Source: Eledone cirrhosa
Lineage: Eukaryota
Assembly (NCBI GenBank): GCA_964016885.1
Contig: OZ024763.1
Coordinates: forward strand, 14,322,001 to 14,386,000
Reading direction: 5' to 3'
Length of the DNA: 64,000 nt
Each line of letters opens with the position of its first letter. Position 1 is the stretch's first letter. The position numbers were made by a program, and so were the translations under genes. Positions 1-12,736 of the stretch are shown in pieces. Under the pieces are notes generated by a model that made no database searches, had not been told where the DNA came from, and saw only the letters and a list, made by a program, of their open reading frames with translations.

Positions 1-150
1 TCTTTTGCTGGTTCCAATCATTAGACTGTGGCCATGCTGGGGCACTGTATCGAAGGGATTCAGTCAATCACTTTCAAGTCTGCTACTTAATTTTATCAAT
101 CTCTGTTTGTCAAACAGCAAAGTTACAAGACCTAAACACAGGTAAACACA
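1..150 (-). mobile_element. Degenerate SINE fragment (octopus-type)
   Basis: cattagactgtggccatgctggggcac...aagttac resembles, from recall, a common octopus SINE body; heavily diverged. Confidence 0.5.
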
Positions 151-229
151 AACATAACCCCCCACCCCACCCACATACAGGTAAATAAATAAAAGACTAT
201 AAGATATACAATTACTGGCTTTAGATTCA

Positions 230-1345
230 TATACACATACAACCAAATATAAACATACACACACACACATTTACAAATAAATCAAACAAACATACATACA
301 CATTTACCAAACACAAACACACATTTACACATTTAGGAAATGCAACTGCTACACACATAAACCAAACACAAACACACACACACACACACATTTACACATA
401 AACCAAACAAACACAAACACAAACACACACATTTACACATAAACCAAACAAACACACGCACACACACACATTTGAACATAAACCAAACACAAATACACGC
501 ACACACACATTTACACATAAACCAAACACAAACACACACACACATTTAAACATAAACCAAACACAAATTACACGCACACACATTTACAAATAAACCAAAC
601 ACAAACACATTTACACATAAACCAAACATAAACACACACACATTTACACATAAACCAAACATAAACACACACACACACATTTACACATAAACCAAACATA
701 AACATACATATTTACACATAAACCAAACACAAACAGACACACAAATTCACACACATTTACACATACAACAAAATATAAACACACACAAATTTACATGTAC
801 CACACAGAAACACACATACAGACAAATTTACACAAACTCACACACAAACTCACACACAAATTTATTCATACAACCAAACAAACACACACATACACACAAA
901 TTTATAATTACAACCAAACATAAAGACACACACAAACTCATACAACCAAACATTTTTACACATACACAAACTCAGACACAAACTCAGACACACTCACACA
1001 CATTTATACATACAATCAAACATTTTTACACATACACAAACTCAGACACAAACTCAGACACACTCACACACATTTATACATACAATCAAACATTTTTACA
1101 CATACACAAACTCAGACACAAACTCAGACACACTCACACACATTTATACATACAATCAAACATTTTTACACATACACAAACTCAGACACAAACTCAGACA
1201 CACTCACACACATTTATACATACAATCAAACATTTTTACACATACACAAACTCAGACACAAACTCACACAAACTCAGACACACACTCACACACATTTATA
1301 CATACAATCAAACATCTTTACACATACACAAACTCAGACACAACT
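230..1345. repeat. CA-rich minisatellites, including a 70-bp unit x~5.5 (951-1340)
   Basis: catttacacataaaccaaac repeats, then catttttacacatacacaaactcagacaca... with a 70-bp period. Confidence 0.9.
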
Positions 1346-1649
1346 ATATACACACACACACACATATATACTGTATATATAAGAATAAATAAATAAAACA
1401 ATGATAAACAATTACTTGCTTCAGATTGATGTTTTGTTTTATTGGTAGCCTTTTATAGTCTGTCTGTTAGTCCTGCATAATGTGTATGTATCTGTATACC
1501 TGTGTATGTATGTAGGTGAGGGTGCATACGCATGTGTGTGTGTATATATATATATGTATATGTATATGTATATTTATATACACACTCACCTATATGCATA
1601 CATATATTTGCATGCCTGTGTATGAGTATATGTATGCATATATATATAT

Positions 1650-1694
<45 letters not shown>

Positions 1695-1869
1695 TATAGA
1701 TATAGTAGGCACCTCTTAACCAAATATACACCCCAAACCACTACCCCTACCCTATCCTCCCACTCCCACCAACACCACCCTCTCTCTATAAAGTTGGTAC
1801 CACAACATCCAGTCCAAATAAATGAGATAAATGAGATCGAGATCGTGTAGGTGTCACGACAAAAAAAAA

Positions 1870-2100
1870 AAAACACAGTCCACGCTGTAATGTGGCCGTG
1901 TAGGTAACACGGTAAAAACCTCCCAGTCCACACTGTAAACGTGGTTGGTGTTAGGAAGGGCATCCAGCCATAGAAAACCTGCCAGATAGTCCTATATGAG
2001 TGAGACACGGTCACCCGACCAACCTTGCCTCAAGTGGGACAACTCCCGTCTAACCCATGCTAGCATGGAAAGTGGACGTTAAACGAAGATGATGATGATG
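1870..2100 (+). mobile_element. SINE 3' part with RTE-like tail
   Basis: gttaggaagggcatccagc...aacccatgctagcatggaaagtggacgttaaa(gat)n; same tail at 46788-46830(-), 50410-50465(+), 53397-53435(-). Confidence 0.75.
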
Positions 2101-2124
2101 ATATATATATATATATATATATGC

Positions 2125-2263
2125 GTCCAGAATTAGCCGTCGAAACGGCTTGAGCTCAGCCGTCGGGGTCCTACTCGTTCCTATTACCCACTCTACAACC
2201 CTAAGTATTGAGTACTTTGGTGCGTTATGGTTCACCTAGTTCCTTACCACATTTCCTTCGTTA
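2125..2263 (+). mobile_element. Family X short TA-flanked element (HHR-3'-half-like)
   Basis: gtccagaattagccgtcGAAACGGCTtgagctcAGCCGTCggggtcc...ttccttcgtta; about 8 copies in the window, all at (TA)n. Confidence 0.75.
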
Positions 2264-2489
2264 TATATATTACTATATATATAATGTTGTCAGCAGGAAT
2301 AGTCTTAATTCTCATTGGTCAGTTTGTGTATATATATATATATGGGACATTATTATTATTAATATTATTATTATTATTATTCTCTACATTCCTTACATCA
2401 AACTAAAATATGTTGACAATCTTTTAATAATGTCGTCCTTGCGAAATTTGTGGTCTTGTTTTGCTTAACTAATGAATATATATATATAT

Positions 2490-2725
2490 ATGGAGGATGA
2501 CCGATGGGTGAAGAAGTGCCAGGAAATGCCAGTTGAAGGAAGACGTGGTAGAGGTAGACCACGAAAAACATGGGCGGAGGTGGTGAGAACAGACCTCAGA
2601 TCATTGAAGCTCACGGTGGAGATGACGAGGGACTGTGACGAGTGGAGAGATGCTGTGCTGAATAAGACCCGTCCCACCCTTGCAAGCAGGGAAAAGCGGA
2701 CGTAAAATGATGATGATGATGATGA

Positions 2726-2728
<3 letters not shown>
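2490..2728 (+). mobile_element. RTE-clade LINE 3' end
   Basis: MEDDRWVKKCQEMPVEGRRGRGRPRKTWAEVVRTDL...RDCDEWR is a typical RTE ORF2 C-terminus; (gat)n tail. Confidence 0.85.
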
Positions 2729-2764
<36 letters not shown>

Positions 2765-2884
2765 GGTAAACATTAACACAATTCAATTCAAGCACTCAAC
2801 GTACTTTTTCCCCATAGGGGTGACAGAGTAAATATCGAATAAGTAAAAGCGAAGTAGTTTCAGATGTTCAAGTCCTTTAATAAT

Positions 2885-3072
2885 AATTGTTTCTACTTTA
2901 GGCACAAGGCCAGCAATTACCCAGTGCATTACTGGTACTTTATTTTATCGACCCCGTAAGGATGAAAGGCAAAGTCAACCTCGGCGGGATTTGAACTCAG
3001 ATCGTAAAGGGGCGTAGCTATGCTGGAAAGCATGGCGTCCGACCCTCTACCGATACTGCCAATTCACCGCCT
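2885..3072 (-). mobile_element. tRNA-derived SINE family A (Meta-SINE-like central domain)
   Basis: A/B-box-like head (tggcagtatcgg...gagttcaaatcc), core gcctttcatccttacggggtcgataaaataaagtacc; more than 15 copies in the window. Confidence 0.8.
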
Positions 3073-3094
3073 TTAATAGTCCTATAATAATAAT

Positions 3095-3168
3095 GCTGTG
3101 ATATATATTTCAATGACGACACTGGCCACACTGTTCTGTGTGCGAGTGTCGTGACATCATCAGACAGC
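3095..3168 (-). ncRNA. Type I hammerhead ribozyme
   Basis: Minus strand: gcugu CUGAUGA uguc-acgacacu..cacac/gugug..agugucgu-cauu GAA AUAUAUAU C acagc; 5-bp stem I, 8+5-bp stem II, palindromic stem III. Confidence 0.85.
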
Positions 3169-3353
3169 TTGTTACATAAAAAGGTTATGTTTCCGAGGCA
3201 ATCCAAGTTGAAATATATATATATATACATAAACTGACCAATGAGAATTAAGACTATTCCTGCTGACAACATTAAATTATTCCTAACAAGCTCATATGTC
3301 CCAAGGCTCTGATACCATAAACACAGAACTGGCATACCTAAGAACTGACTAAC

Positions 3354-4003
3354 TGCTCGCACCAACCTGAGGTATATGATTTTTAATGCGATGAAATACC
3401 AATGATGGTTGGAAAATCACTGACGAAGGACTATTTTTATCATATGTAACCCATGTGCAACCACGCAGTATTCTTCTTTCTTCTCATGTTTTTTATATAT
3501 ATTTACCTCAGCTGCGTTTGTCTGTTTCTCTCTTACTGCTTCCCCGTTCTCTCTGTTTCTCTCACCTTCTTTCGCCCCCTCTGTCAGTTACACTTTCTCT
3601 CGACTGACCGCTTCCACTCACTCTCTGTTTCTCCCCTTCTCACTTCCTCCCGTTTGGCTAACAGTGGGCCTCTTCTTGCTTACATCTCACTCACGTTGGA
3701 CGGTCTCTACCTTTCGCTCATGAAATCCACCCAGCTTATGCTGACCGAACAACCATGTTGCTTGTTTTTTTCCTATCTTTGGTTTGCTTTTATCCTTCTA
3801 TGTTGTTTACTTGTCCCCCTCGCTTTACGCGATTTACTGGTCCCAATAACCTTTTTTAGTTATTGCTCGCACCAACCTGAGGTATATGATTTTTAATGCG
3901 ATGAAATACCAATGATGATTGGAAAATCACTGACGAAGGGCTATTTTTATCATATGTAACCCATGTGCAACCACGCAGTATTCTTCTTTCTTCTCATGTT
4001 TTT
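3354..4003. repeat. 140-bp direct repeat pair (3354-3493, 3864-4003)
   Basis: Near-identical tgctcgcaccaacctgagg...ttctcatgtttt copies 510 bp apart; homologues at ~16405-16500 and ~29958-30065. Confidence 0.85.
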
Positions 4004-4004
4004 A

Positions 4005-4117
<113 letters not shown>

Positions 4118-4387
4118 CAAAAAGAATTGGTAAATAGTGATGTGAGAGAGTACGCTTAAGTGAGTGTATGCGTGCATGTCGATGAGTGTGTAGGTGTGTG
4201 TGTGAGTGAATATATCGATCTGCGTGGGCTGGAGAAAGAGTGTGAGTGGCAGAAGGAGTGTGAGAGAAAGAATAAGAGTAATTAGTGGCAGGGTTAATAG
4301 AGTGGCGGCAGAGGGGTGGAAGGATGAGGACGTGACCGGAAAATAACTGACACACATACACACAGGTAAAACTACGTTATAATAAAT

Positions 4388-4812
4388 AATCCCGTCGAGG
4401 TTAACTTTGCCTTTCATCCTTATGGGGGGTCGATAAAATAAAGTACCAGTAATACACTGGGTTATTGCTGGCCTTGTGCCAAAAAGTAAAAACAATTACG
4501 TGAGTTCAAATCCCACCGAGGTTAACTTTGCCTTTCATCCTTATGGGGGGTCGATAAAATAAAGTACCAGTAATACACTGGGTTATTGCTGGCCTTGTGC
4601 CAAAAAGTAAAAACAATTACGTGAGTTCAAATCCCACCGAGGTTAACTTTGCCTTTCATCCTTATGGGGGGTCGATAAAATAAAGTACCAGTAATACACT
4701 GGGTTATTGCTGGCCTTGTGCCAAAAAGTAAAAACAATTACGTGAGTTCAAATCCCACCGAGGTTAACTTTGCCTTTCATCCTTACGGGGTCGATAAAAT
4801 AAAGTACCAGTA
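4388..4812 (+). repeat. Tandem array of SINE-A 3' fragments (121 bp x3.5)
   Basis: aatcccaccgaggttaac...aaacaattacgtgagttca repeated head to tail. Confidence 0.9.
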
Positions 4813-5240
4813 ATGACCCCAATCCGTTCTCATTCTCTGCCCTTGTTATAACCCCAGTCCGTTCTCTTGTGGCTTGAATCAACAACAGTATCAACAACAA
4901 CATTGACAATCGAAAATGAAAATAATTAATTGTTTCTACTTTTGATGATGACACAAACACACATATATATATATATACATACAGACACACATATATATAC
5001 ACACATATACACACCCACACATATATATATATTAAGAAATCCATACAATTGCGTGTGTATCGTAATTTTCATTGTAAAAAAAAAAATAAAAAATAAAAAT
5101 TCATAGCTGTCAAAAAATTTACTTTCACTTTCCGGAACGCCCGTCTTAACGTATGCCTATATATATATATATATATATATAAAATATTAAACAAATAATG
5201 AATAAACAATGAAACAGTTCCTTATATTAAACAAAAAAAG

Positions 5241-5396
5241 TTCATTATTTAACGATCGTTTCTAGGATATATATGTGTGTTAGAATTAGCATGCATATTC
5301 AACAGATCTATGTACAAAATTATACAAAATTATACAAACTATCAAGATTAAATATACATACCAACACATATATACGCCGTCTTCAGAAATAATGAA
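5241..5396 (-). ncRNA. Type I hammerhead ribozyme with long stem II
   Basis: Minus strand: uucauuauuu CUGAAGA [117 nt, base guauauaugugu/acacauauauau] GAA ACGAUCGU U aaauaaugaa; perfect 10-bp stem I. Confidence 0.8.
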
Positions 5397-5741
5397 ATAT
5401 ATTTATTGATAATAACAACAATTCAAAATTTCAGGTCCGTTTGGGAACAAAATTGACCAATGAAAATACAAAAGGTTTAATGCAGTTCGGTGTGTGTATA
5501 TACATGTAACTACCCTTACACATATTTTACAAAAATGTATGCACAACTTGTATACGCATACCAAAAGGATGGATGCAAATACAAAATTTCAAGGTTAATG
5601 TCTCTGTAAGTTTATAATGCACAGATAAGATGCGTATAGACAAAGTGATTTTTCATTACATCTCTTCTTTCCATGATATCCGGAATACATTGAGTTCTTC
5701 ATACGGATTGGACACTACCGTAAACTCTTGGTAGATTTATC

Positions 5742-5786
<45 letters not shown>

Positions 5787-5823
5787 GAAAAGTATAGAAA
5801 ATATTGTAGCAAGAAGTCAACAT

Positions 5824-5885
<62 letters not shown>

Positions 5886-5954
5886 TGTGTAAACAAACAC
5901 ACGCACATGTAAATGTATATATCTGCATACACAGAGATAATCATATATATATAC

Positions 5955-5998
<44 letters not shown>

Positions 5999-6003
<5 letters not shown>

Positions 6004-6147
6004 TTGTAAAAAATGAAAACGAAAAACGAAATTTCATTTCTCACTCTTAGTATGGCACTTACTTAAATGTAAGTATGTATGTATACGTACATACATATAT
6101 GTATACAGACGTACAGATGCGTGCATATATGTATGTGTACCTGCATG

Positions 6148-6212
<65 letters not shown>

Positions 6213-6733
6213 GCTACTGTACGTCTGTATACATATATGTATGTACGTATACATACATACTTACATTTAAGTAAGTGCCATACTAAGAGTGAGAAATGAA
6301 ATTTCGTTTTTCGTTTTCATTTTTTTCAACTTATCGTTTTCGGTATGCCTGACCGATTTAACTCACTCAATATGCAAATTAGGCTGCTCAGCCGTTAATT
6401 TTCATAAGGAAAGTATATACTTTCGAACGTTCAACTATCTGGCAGATGGGTAAACGGTGCTGATGATAGCTAACAAGCTTGAAACTAGTACATCGTTCCT
6501 GTGTCAGTGTTGAACAAAAAGGTGACGTGGTTGCCTTAACACCGTATGGCATAAATTCAGGCTGTTCAGTTTGTTGACAAACGAACAAAGCAAGCACTAT
6601 AATAAGCGTCTGCTAAACTGATGCGTGCATATATGTATGTGTACCTGCATGTATGTATATATATATATATATATATATACATGCTACTGTACGTCTGTAT
6701 ACATATATGTATGTACGTATACATACATACTTA
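5999..6733 (+). mobile_element. Family B HHR module with direct and inverted terminal repeats
   Basis: Inverted arms 5999-6116/6217-6334; direct repeats ~6116-6263/6620-6733; HHR between; homologues at 15335-15500 and 40870-41300. Confidence 0.7.
6453..6497 (+). ncRNA. Minimal type I hammerhead ribozyme
   Basis: aacggug CUGAUGA u-agcu-aaca-agcu-u GAA ACUAGU A caucguu; 7-bp stem I, palindromic stem III. Confidence 0.85.
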
Positions 6734-6921
6734 TATATATATATATATATATTTATTGAAATTTCCGTTGGAAACAGAAAAGGTCATAGGAATTAAGAGT
6801 GCTCTATGTAAGTATCAGAGCAAAATTTAATGTATAAAAAAGTCGTTTATTTCGTATTCGCCTCATTCTGGAAACCTCTGGTAATGAGGTAATTATATTG
6901 TATTGATTTTTATACATTATA

Positions 6922-8037
6922 TATATATATATGATTATCTCTGTGTATGCAGATATATACATTTACATGTGCGTGTGTTTGTTTACACATCTCTCTCTCT
7001 CTATATATATATGTGTATATATATATGATTATCTCTGTGTATGCAGATACATACATTTACATGTGCGTGTGTTTGTTTACACATCTCTCTCTCTATATAT
7101 ATATATGTGTATATATATATGATTATCTCTGTGTATGCAGATATATACATTTACATGTGCGTGTGTTTGTTTACACATCTCTCTCTCTCTATATATATAT
7201 GTGTATATATATATGATTATCTCTGTGTATGCAGATATATACATTTACATGTGCGTGTGTTTGTTTACACATCTCTCTCTCTCTATATATATATGTGTGT
7301 ATATATATATGATTATCTCTGTGTATGCAGATATATACATTTACATGTGCGTGTGTTTGTTTACACATCTCTCTCTCTATATATATATATGTGTATATAT
7401 ATATGATTATCTCTGTGTATGCAGATATATACATTTACATGTGCGTGTGTTTGTTTACACATCTCTCTCTCTCTATATATATATATGTGTATATATATAT
7501 GATTATCTCTGTGTATGCAGATATATACATTTACATGTGCGTGTGTTTGTTTACTCATCTCTCTCTATATATATATATATATGTGTATATATATATGATT
7601 ATCTCTGTGTATGCAGATATATACATTTACATGTGCGTGTGTTTGTTTACACATCTCTCTCTCTATATATATATATGTGTATATATATATGATTATCTCT
7701 GTGTATGCAGATATATACATTTACATGTGCGTGTGTTTGTTTACACATCTCTCTCTCTCTATATATATATGTGTGTATATATATATGATTATCTCTGTGT
7801 ATGCAGATATATACATTTACATGTGCGTGTGTTTGTTTACACATCTCTCTCTCTATATATATATATGTGTATATATATATATGATTATCTCTGTGTATGC
7901 AGATATATACATTTACATGTGCGTGTGTTTGTTTACACATCTCTCTCTCTATATATATATATGTGTGTATATATATATGATTATCTCTGTGTATGCAGAT
8001 ATATACATTTACATGTGCGTGTGTTTGTTTACACATC
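6922..8037. repeat. 94-98-bp minisatellite x~12
   Basis: gattatctctgtgtatgcagatatatacatttacatgtgcgtgtg... unit; one inverted copy at ~5883-5960. Confidence 0.95.
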
Positions 8038-8273
8038 GTGCGCGTGGCCGGGAATTGAAAATAATTTCGTTATAGTGAAACATTCATTATAATGGTATTC
8101 ACTATAACGTAGTTTTAGCTGTGTATGTGTACGTGTGTGGGTGTATCACATATTTTCTGGTCACTGACCTCAAGAAACTCCGCCTTCCTTCCTCACCTCC
8201 TCCCAAACCAATAACAATAATATATGTACTGCCGCGTCCCTCGTTTTTCTGTTGTTCGTTCTCTGTTTACCTT

Positions 8274-8304
<31 letters not shown>

Positions 8305-8749
8305 ATATATATATATGTATATATGTATGTATATATATGGAACTAGTAATATTTCTAACATTTACTCCTGTGTATTGGTCTGTGTGTGTGTGTCTATTCG
8401 TCTGTGTATGTGTGTCTGTTCCTCTGTGTATGTATGTACGTGTGTGTGTGTGTGTCTGTTCCTCTGTGTGTGTATGTACGTGTGTGTGTGTACGTGTGTG
8501 TGTGTCTGTTCCTCTGTGTGTGTATGTGTGTATGTATGTCTGTGTGTCTGTACGTGTGTGTGTGTATGTACGTGTGTGTGTGTGTGTGTATGTACGTGTG
8601 TGTGTGTGTGTTCCTCTGTGTGTATGTATGTGTGTGTGTGTGTGTACGTATGTGTGTGTGTGTATGTACTAGCTGCCACTGAGAGAAATGACCTTCAAAC
8701 TTGTCTTTCAAAAACCTGAAGGAGACGCAGGTAGATATGTTGTGGTCGT

Positions 8750-9630
8750 CATGGTGATGGTGATGGTGGTGGTGGTGATGATGATGGTGGTGATGATGGT
8801 GGTGATGATATTGATGGTGGTGGTGATGATGATAGCGATGAGCTGATGGTGGTGATGATGATGGTGGTGATGATGGTGGTGGTGATGGTGGTGGTGGTGA
8901 TGATGATGATGGTGGTGGTGATGGTGGTGGTGGTGCTGGTGGTGGTGGTGATGGTGGAGATGGTGGTGGTGGTGATGGTGGTGGTGGTGATGATGATGAT
9001 GGTGGTGATGATGATGGTGGTGATGGCGGTGATGGTGGTGATGGCGGTGATGGTGGTGGTGGTGGTGGTGGTGATGGTGGTGGTGGTGATGATGATGGTG
9101 GTGGTGGTGATGGCGGTGGTGGTGGTGGTGGTGGTGATGGTAGTGGTGGTAGTGGTGGTGATGGTGGTGGTGGTGGTGGTGATGGTGGTGGTGGTGATGG
9201 CGGTGGTGGTGATGGCGGTGATGGTGGTGGTGGTGGTGATGATGATGATGGTGGTGATGATGATGGTGGTGATGGCGGTGATGGTGGTGGTGGTGGTGGT
9301 GGTGATGATGGTAGTGGTGGTAGTGGTGGTGATGGTGGTGGTGGTGGTGATGGCGGTGGTAGTGGTGATGGTGGTGGTGGTGATGGCGGTGATGGCGGTG
9401 ATGGTGGTGGTGGTGGTGATGATGATGATGGTGGTGATGATGGTGGTGATGATGGTGGTGATGATGATGGTGGTGGTGGTGGTGGTGGTAGTGGTAGTGA
9501 TGATACTGATGGTGACGATGTTGTTGCTGGTGATAATGATGATGATGATCATGATCCTGATCCTGATGGTGATTGTGTTGATGATGATGGTAGTGGTTAT
9601 AGTGATGATGTTGATGGTGGTGATGGTGAT
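8750..9630. repeat. (GGT/GAT)n trinucleotide array
   Basis: Direct reading; gives poly-V/M and poly-T/I ORF artefacts. Confidence 0.95.
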
Positions 9631-9734
9631 AATTCTGTTGCTGGCCTAAACTGTTGCCATGGTTTCTGTTAATGTTATTTAACCCCCTCCCCCCCCCCCC
9701 CCCATCTCATTTGGTCAGTTCAGAATCAACAAAA

Positions 9735-10870
9735 CCAGCCCTCCAGCCAGCCAGTCAGCCAGCCATTCCCCAGCCAGCCCGCCATTCCTCCAGCCAGCCA
9801 CCCCCCAGTCAGCCAGCCATTCCCCAGCCAGCCCGCCATTCCTCCAGCCAGCCATCTCTCCAGCCAGCCACCCCCCAGCCAGCCAGCCATTCCTCCAGCC
9901 AGCCAGCCAGCCATTCCCCAGCCAGCCCGCCATTCCTCCAGCCAGCCATCTCTCCAGCCAGCCACCTCCCCAGCCAGCCCGCCATTCCTCCAGCCCGCCA
10001 TTCCTCCAGCCAGCCATCTCTCCAGCCAGCCATTCCTCCAGCCAGCCAGCCATTTCCCAGCCAGCCCGCCATCTCTCCAGCCAGCCACCCCCCAGCCAGC
10101 CAGCCATTCCCCCAGCCAGCCATTCCCCCAGCCAGCCCGCCATTCCTCCAGCCAGCCATCTCTCCAGCCAGCCACCTCCCATTCCTCCAGCCAGCCATCT
10201 CTCCAGCCAGCCACCCCCCAGCCATTCCTCCAGCCAGCCAGCCATTTCCCAGCCAGCCCGCCATCTCTCCAGCCAGCCACACCCCAGCCAGCCAGCCATT
10301 CCCCCAGCCAGCCCGCCATTCCTCCAGCCAGCCATCTCTCCAGCCAGCCACCTCCCATTCCTCCAGCCAGCCATCTCTCCAGCCAGCCACCCCCCAGCCA
10401 TTCCTCCAGCCAGCCAGCCATTTCCCAGCCAGCCCGCCATCTCTCCAGCCAGCCACCCCCCAGCCAGCCAGCCATTCCCCCAGCCAGCCCGCCATTCCTC
10501 CAGCCAGCCATCTCTCCAGCCAGCCACCTCCCAGCCAGCCAGCCAGCCATTCCCCCAGCCAGCCCGCCATTCCTCCAGCCAGCCATCTCTCCAGCCAGCC
10601 ACCCCCCAGCCAGCCAGCCATTCCTCCAGCCAGCCAGCCAGCCATCTCTCCAGCCAGCCACTCCCAGCCAGCCAGCCAGCCAACTCGCCAGCCAACCAGC
10701 CAACCCGCCAGCCATTCCTCCAGCCAGCCAGCCACCTCCCCAGCCAATCCGCCAGCCATTCCTCCAACCAGCCAGCCAGCCAGCCATTCCTCCAACCAGC
10801 CAGCCAGCCAGCCAGCCATTCCTCCAACCCGCCAGCCATTCCTCCAGCCAGCCAGCCAGCCAGCCAGCCA
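9735..10870. repeat. (CCAG)n-based complex minisatellite
   Basis: ccagccagccattcctccagccagccatctct variants. Confidence 0.95.
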
Positions 10871-10914
10871 ACGCCGGGCCATTCTGCTAGTATATAGTAT
10901 ATAGTATATTATTT

Positions 10915-11095
10915 ATTGGCAGTATCGGTGGAGGGTCGGACATGCTTTCCAGCATAGTTACGTCCCTTTATGATCCGAGTTGAAATCCCGCCGAGGTTAA
11001 CTTTGCCTTTCATCCATACGGGGTCGATAAAATAAAGTACCAGTAATGCACTGGGTAATTTGCTGGCCTTGTGCCAAAAGTAGAAACAATTATAT
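10915..11095 (+). mobile_element. SINE family A copy
   Basis: Near full-length match to 2885-3072. Confidence 0.8.
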
Positions 11096-11136
11096 TATTT
11101 ATTATATTATTTATTATATATATATATATATATATA

Positions 11137-11269
11137 TAACGAAGGAAATGTGGTAAGGAACCAGGTGGACCATAACGCACCAAAGTACTCAATACTTAGG
11201 GTAGTAGAGTGGGTAATAGGAATTAGCCGTCGAAACGGCTTGAGCTCAGCCGTCGGGGTCTTACTCGTT

Positions 11270-11273
<4 letters not shown>
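11137..11273. mobile_element. Family X copy, internally inverted
   Basis: Reverse-orientation tail joined to forward aattagccgtcgaaacggc...gttccta; (TA)n on both sides. Confidence 0.75.
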
Positions 11274-11320
<47 letters not shown>

Positions 11321-11463
11321 CCAAAGATTAATATGGTTCTTTGATTATTCAACGAATACAAGTTTACAATAGATTAGAAGCAGCCGACAAAGAGCTTTCC
11401 TGGAGTATTTAATATTATTCAAAATATTAATAAATGAAAAATATTCTCATAATCAAAATATAT

Positions 11464-11524
11464 ATTTTATTATACATATTTCAAAGGTACAATGGTGTTT
11501 AAGTACGTTTTCATCAGATAAAAT
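11464..11524 (-). ncRNA. Type I hammerhead ribozyme (family C)
   Basis: Minus strand: auuuuau CUGAUGA aaa-c-guac..guac-c-uuu GAA AUAUGUAU A auaaaau. Confidence 0.8.
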
Positions 11525-11638
11525 GTATAAGATTGGATATGGGACATACAGCTACAGTTTTGATTATTCAATCAATTCTAATAGTGGCAGTGATTTATTT
11601 CACCAACCCTCAACGTTTTTATACATTATATTATTTTG

Positions 11639-11696
<58 letters not shown>

Positions 11697-11726
11697 GTAG
11701 TAACACACGACAGTTACTTCACCATA

Positions 11727-11767
11727 CCGAGAACAACTGTTTCACCTTATGCGGATCTTCAGCTCGG
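11727..11767 (-). ncRNA. Minimal type I hammerhead ribozyme
   Basis: Minus strand: ccgag CUGAAGA u-cc-gcauaa-gg-u GAA ACAGUUGU U cucgg; perfect 5-bp stem I, weak stem II. Confidence 0.75.
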
Positions 11768-11976
11768 ACTGAGCCTGGCTGTACGGAAAAGGAAAAACAA
11801 CCGCATGAAGAAGGGGAGGGGGCAGTGGTCCCAAAAGATCGAGAACCTCTTGTCTAAGTTGTATTTTATCTCTTCTCTCCTGTTGTCTAAGTCTACCTTG
11901 ATCTAGAATCATATACCCGCGTTCTTCATTTATTCCCTCGTCTCTGTGCACTCTGTACACTCTGTACACACACACA

Positions 11977-12295
11977 TTTTACGTCCACTTTTCCCTGCTT
12001 GCAAGGGTGGACCGGGAACTGATTCTGGCTTGATTTCTACAGCTGGATGCCCTTCCTAACACCAACCTCATTTACAGTGAGTGCTGGGTGCTTTTTTGCC
12101 GTGGCACCTCCACGACCACTTTGCAGTGGAATGATAGGGACTGGGGTCCCTATCATCTCATTTCTACAGCTGAGTAAACTGGAGCAATGTGAAATAAAGT
12201 GTCTTGCTCAAGGAAACAACACATCACTCGGTCTGAGAATTGAACTCACAACCTTTCGATTGCAAGGCCTATGCTCTAACCACTTAGCCATGTGT
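11977..12295 (-). mobile_element. tRNA-derived SINE family R (CORE-like, RTE tail), full length
   Basis: Head tggctaagtggttagagc...gtgagttcaattctc; body ttgagcaagacactttatttcacattgctccag; tail matches the RTE 3' end at 2673-2707. Confidence 0.85.
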
Positions 12296-12702
12296 ATATG
12301 AATACATTTATATGTATGAGTATAATATAAATATAAACACACTCACACAAAACGCACACACACACATATACATTCCCACAAAACGCACACACACATATAC
12401 TCACATAAAACACACAACACACACATATACACTCACATAACACACATATACACTCACACAAAACACACATATACACTCACACAACACACACATATACACT
12501 CACACAACACACACATAACACACACATATACACTCACAAACACATACATTCACACAACACACACATATACACTCACACAAAACGCACACACACACACATA
12601 TACACTCACACAAAACACACATACATAGATGTGTGTGTGTATGTGTATGTAACTAAAGCGTAACGTACCTTACGAATGGAAAGAAACACACAAAGAATTA
12701 GA

Positions 12703-12736
<34 letters not shown>

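Noticed and set aside
3415-3445. cactgacgaagg / cactgatgagg (also 16438, 30011) as HHR cores
   Set aside because: No downstream GAAA-UH-stem I, and a type II arrangement does not pair
8071-8110. Hairpin cgttatagtgaa...ttcactataacg next to GAAA (minus strand)
   Set aside because: No recognisable catalytic core or stem I
8749-10904. Mucin-like poly-T and PASQ-rich ORFs
   Set aside because: Products of (GGT/GAT)n and (CCAG)n arrays, open on both strands, with no splice or domain support
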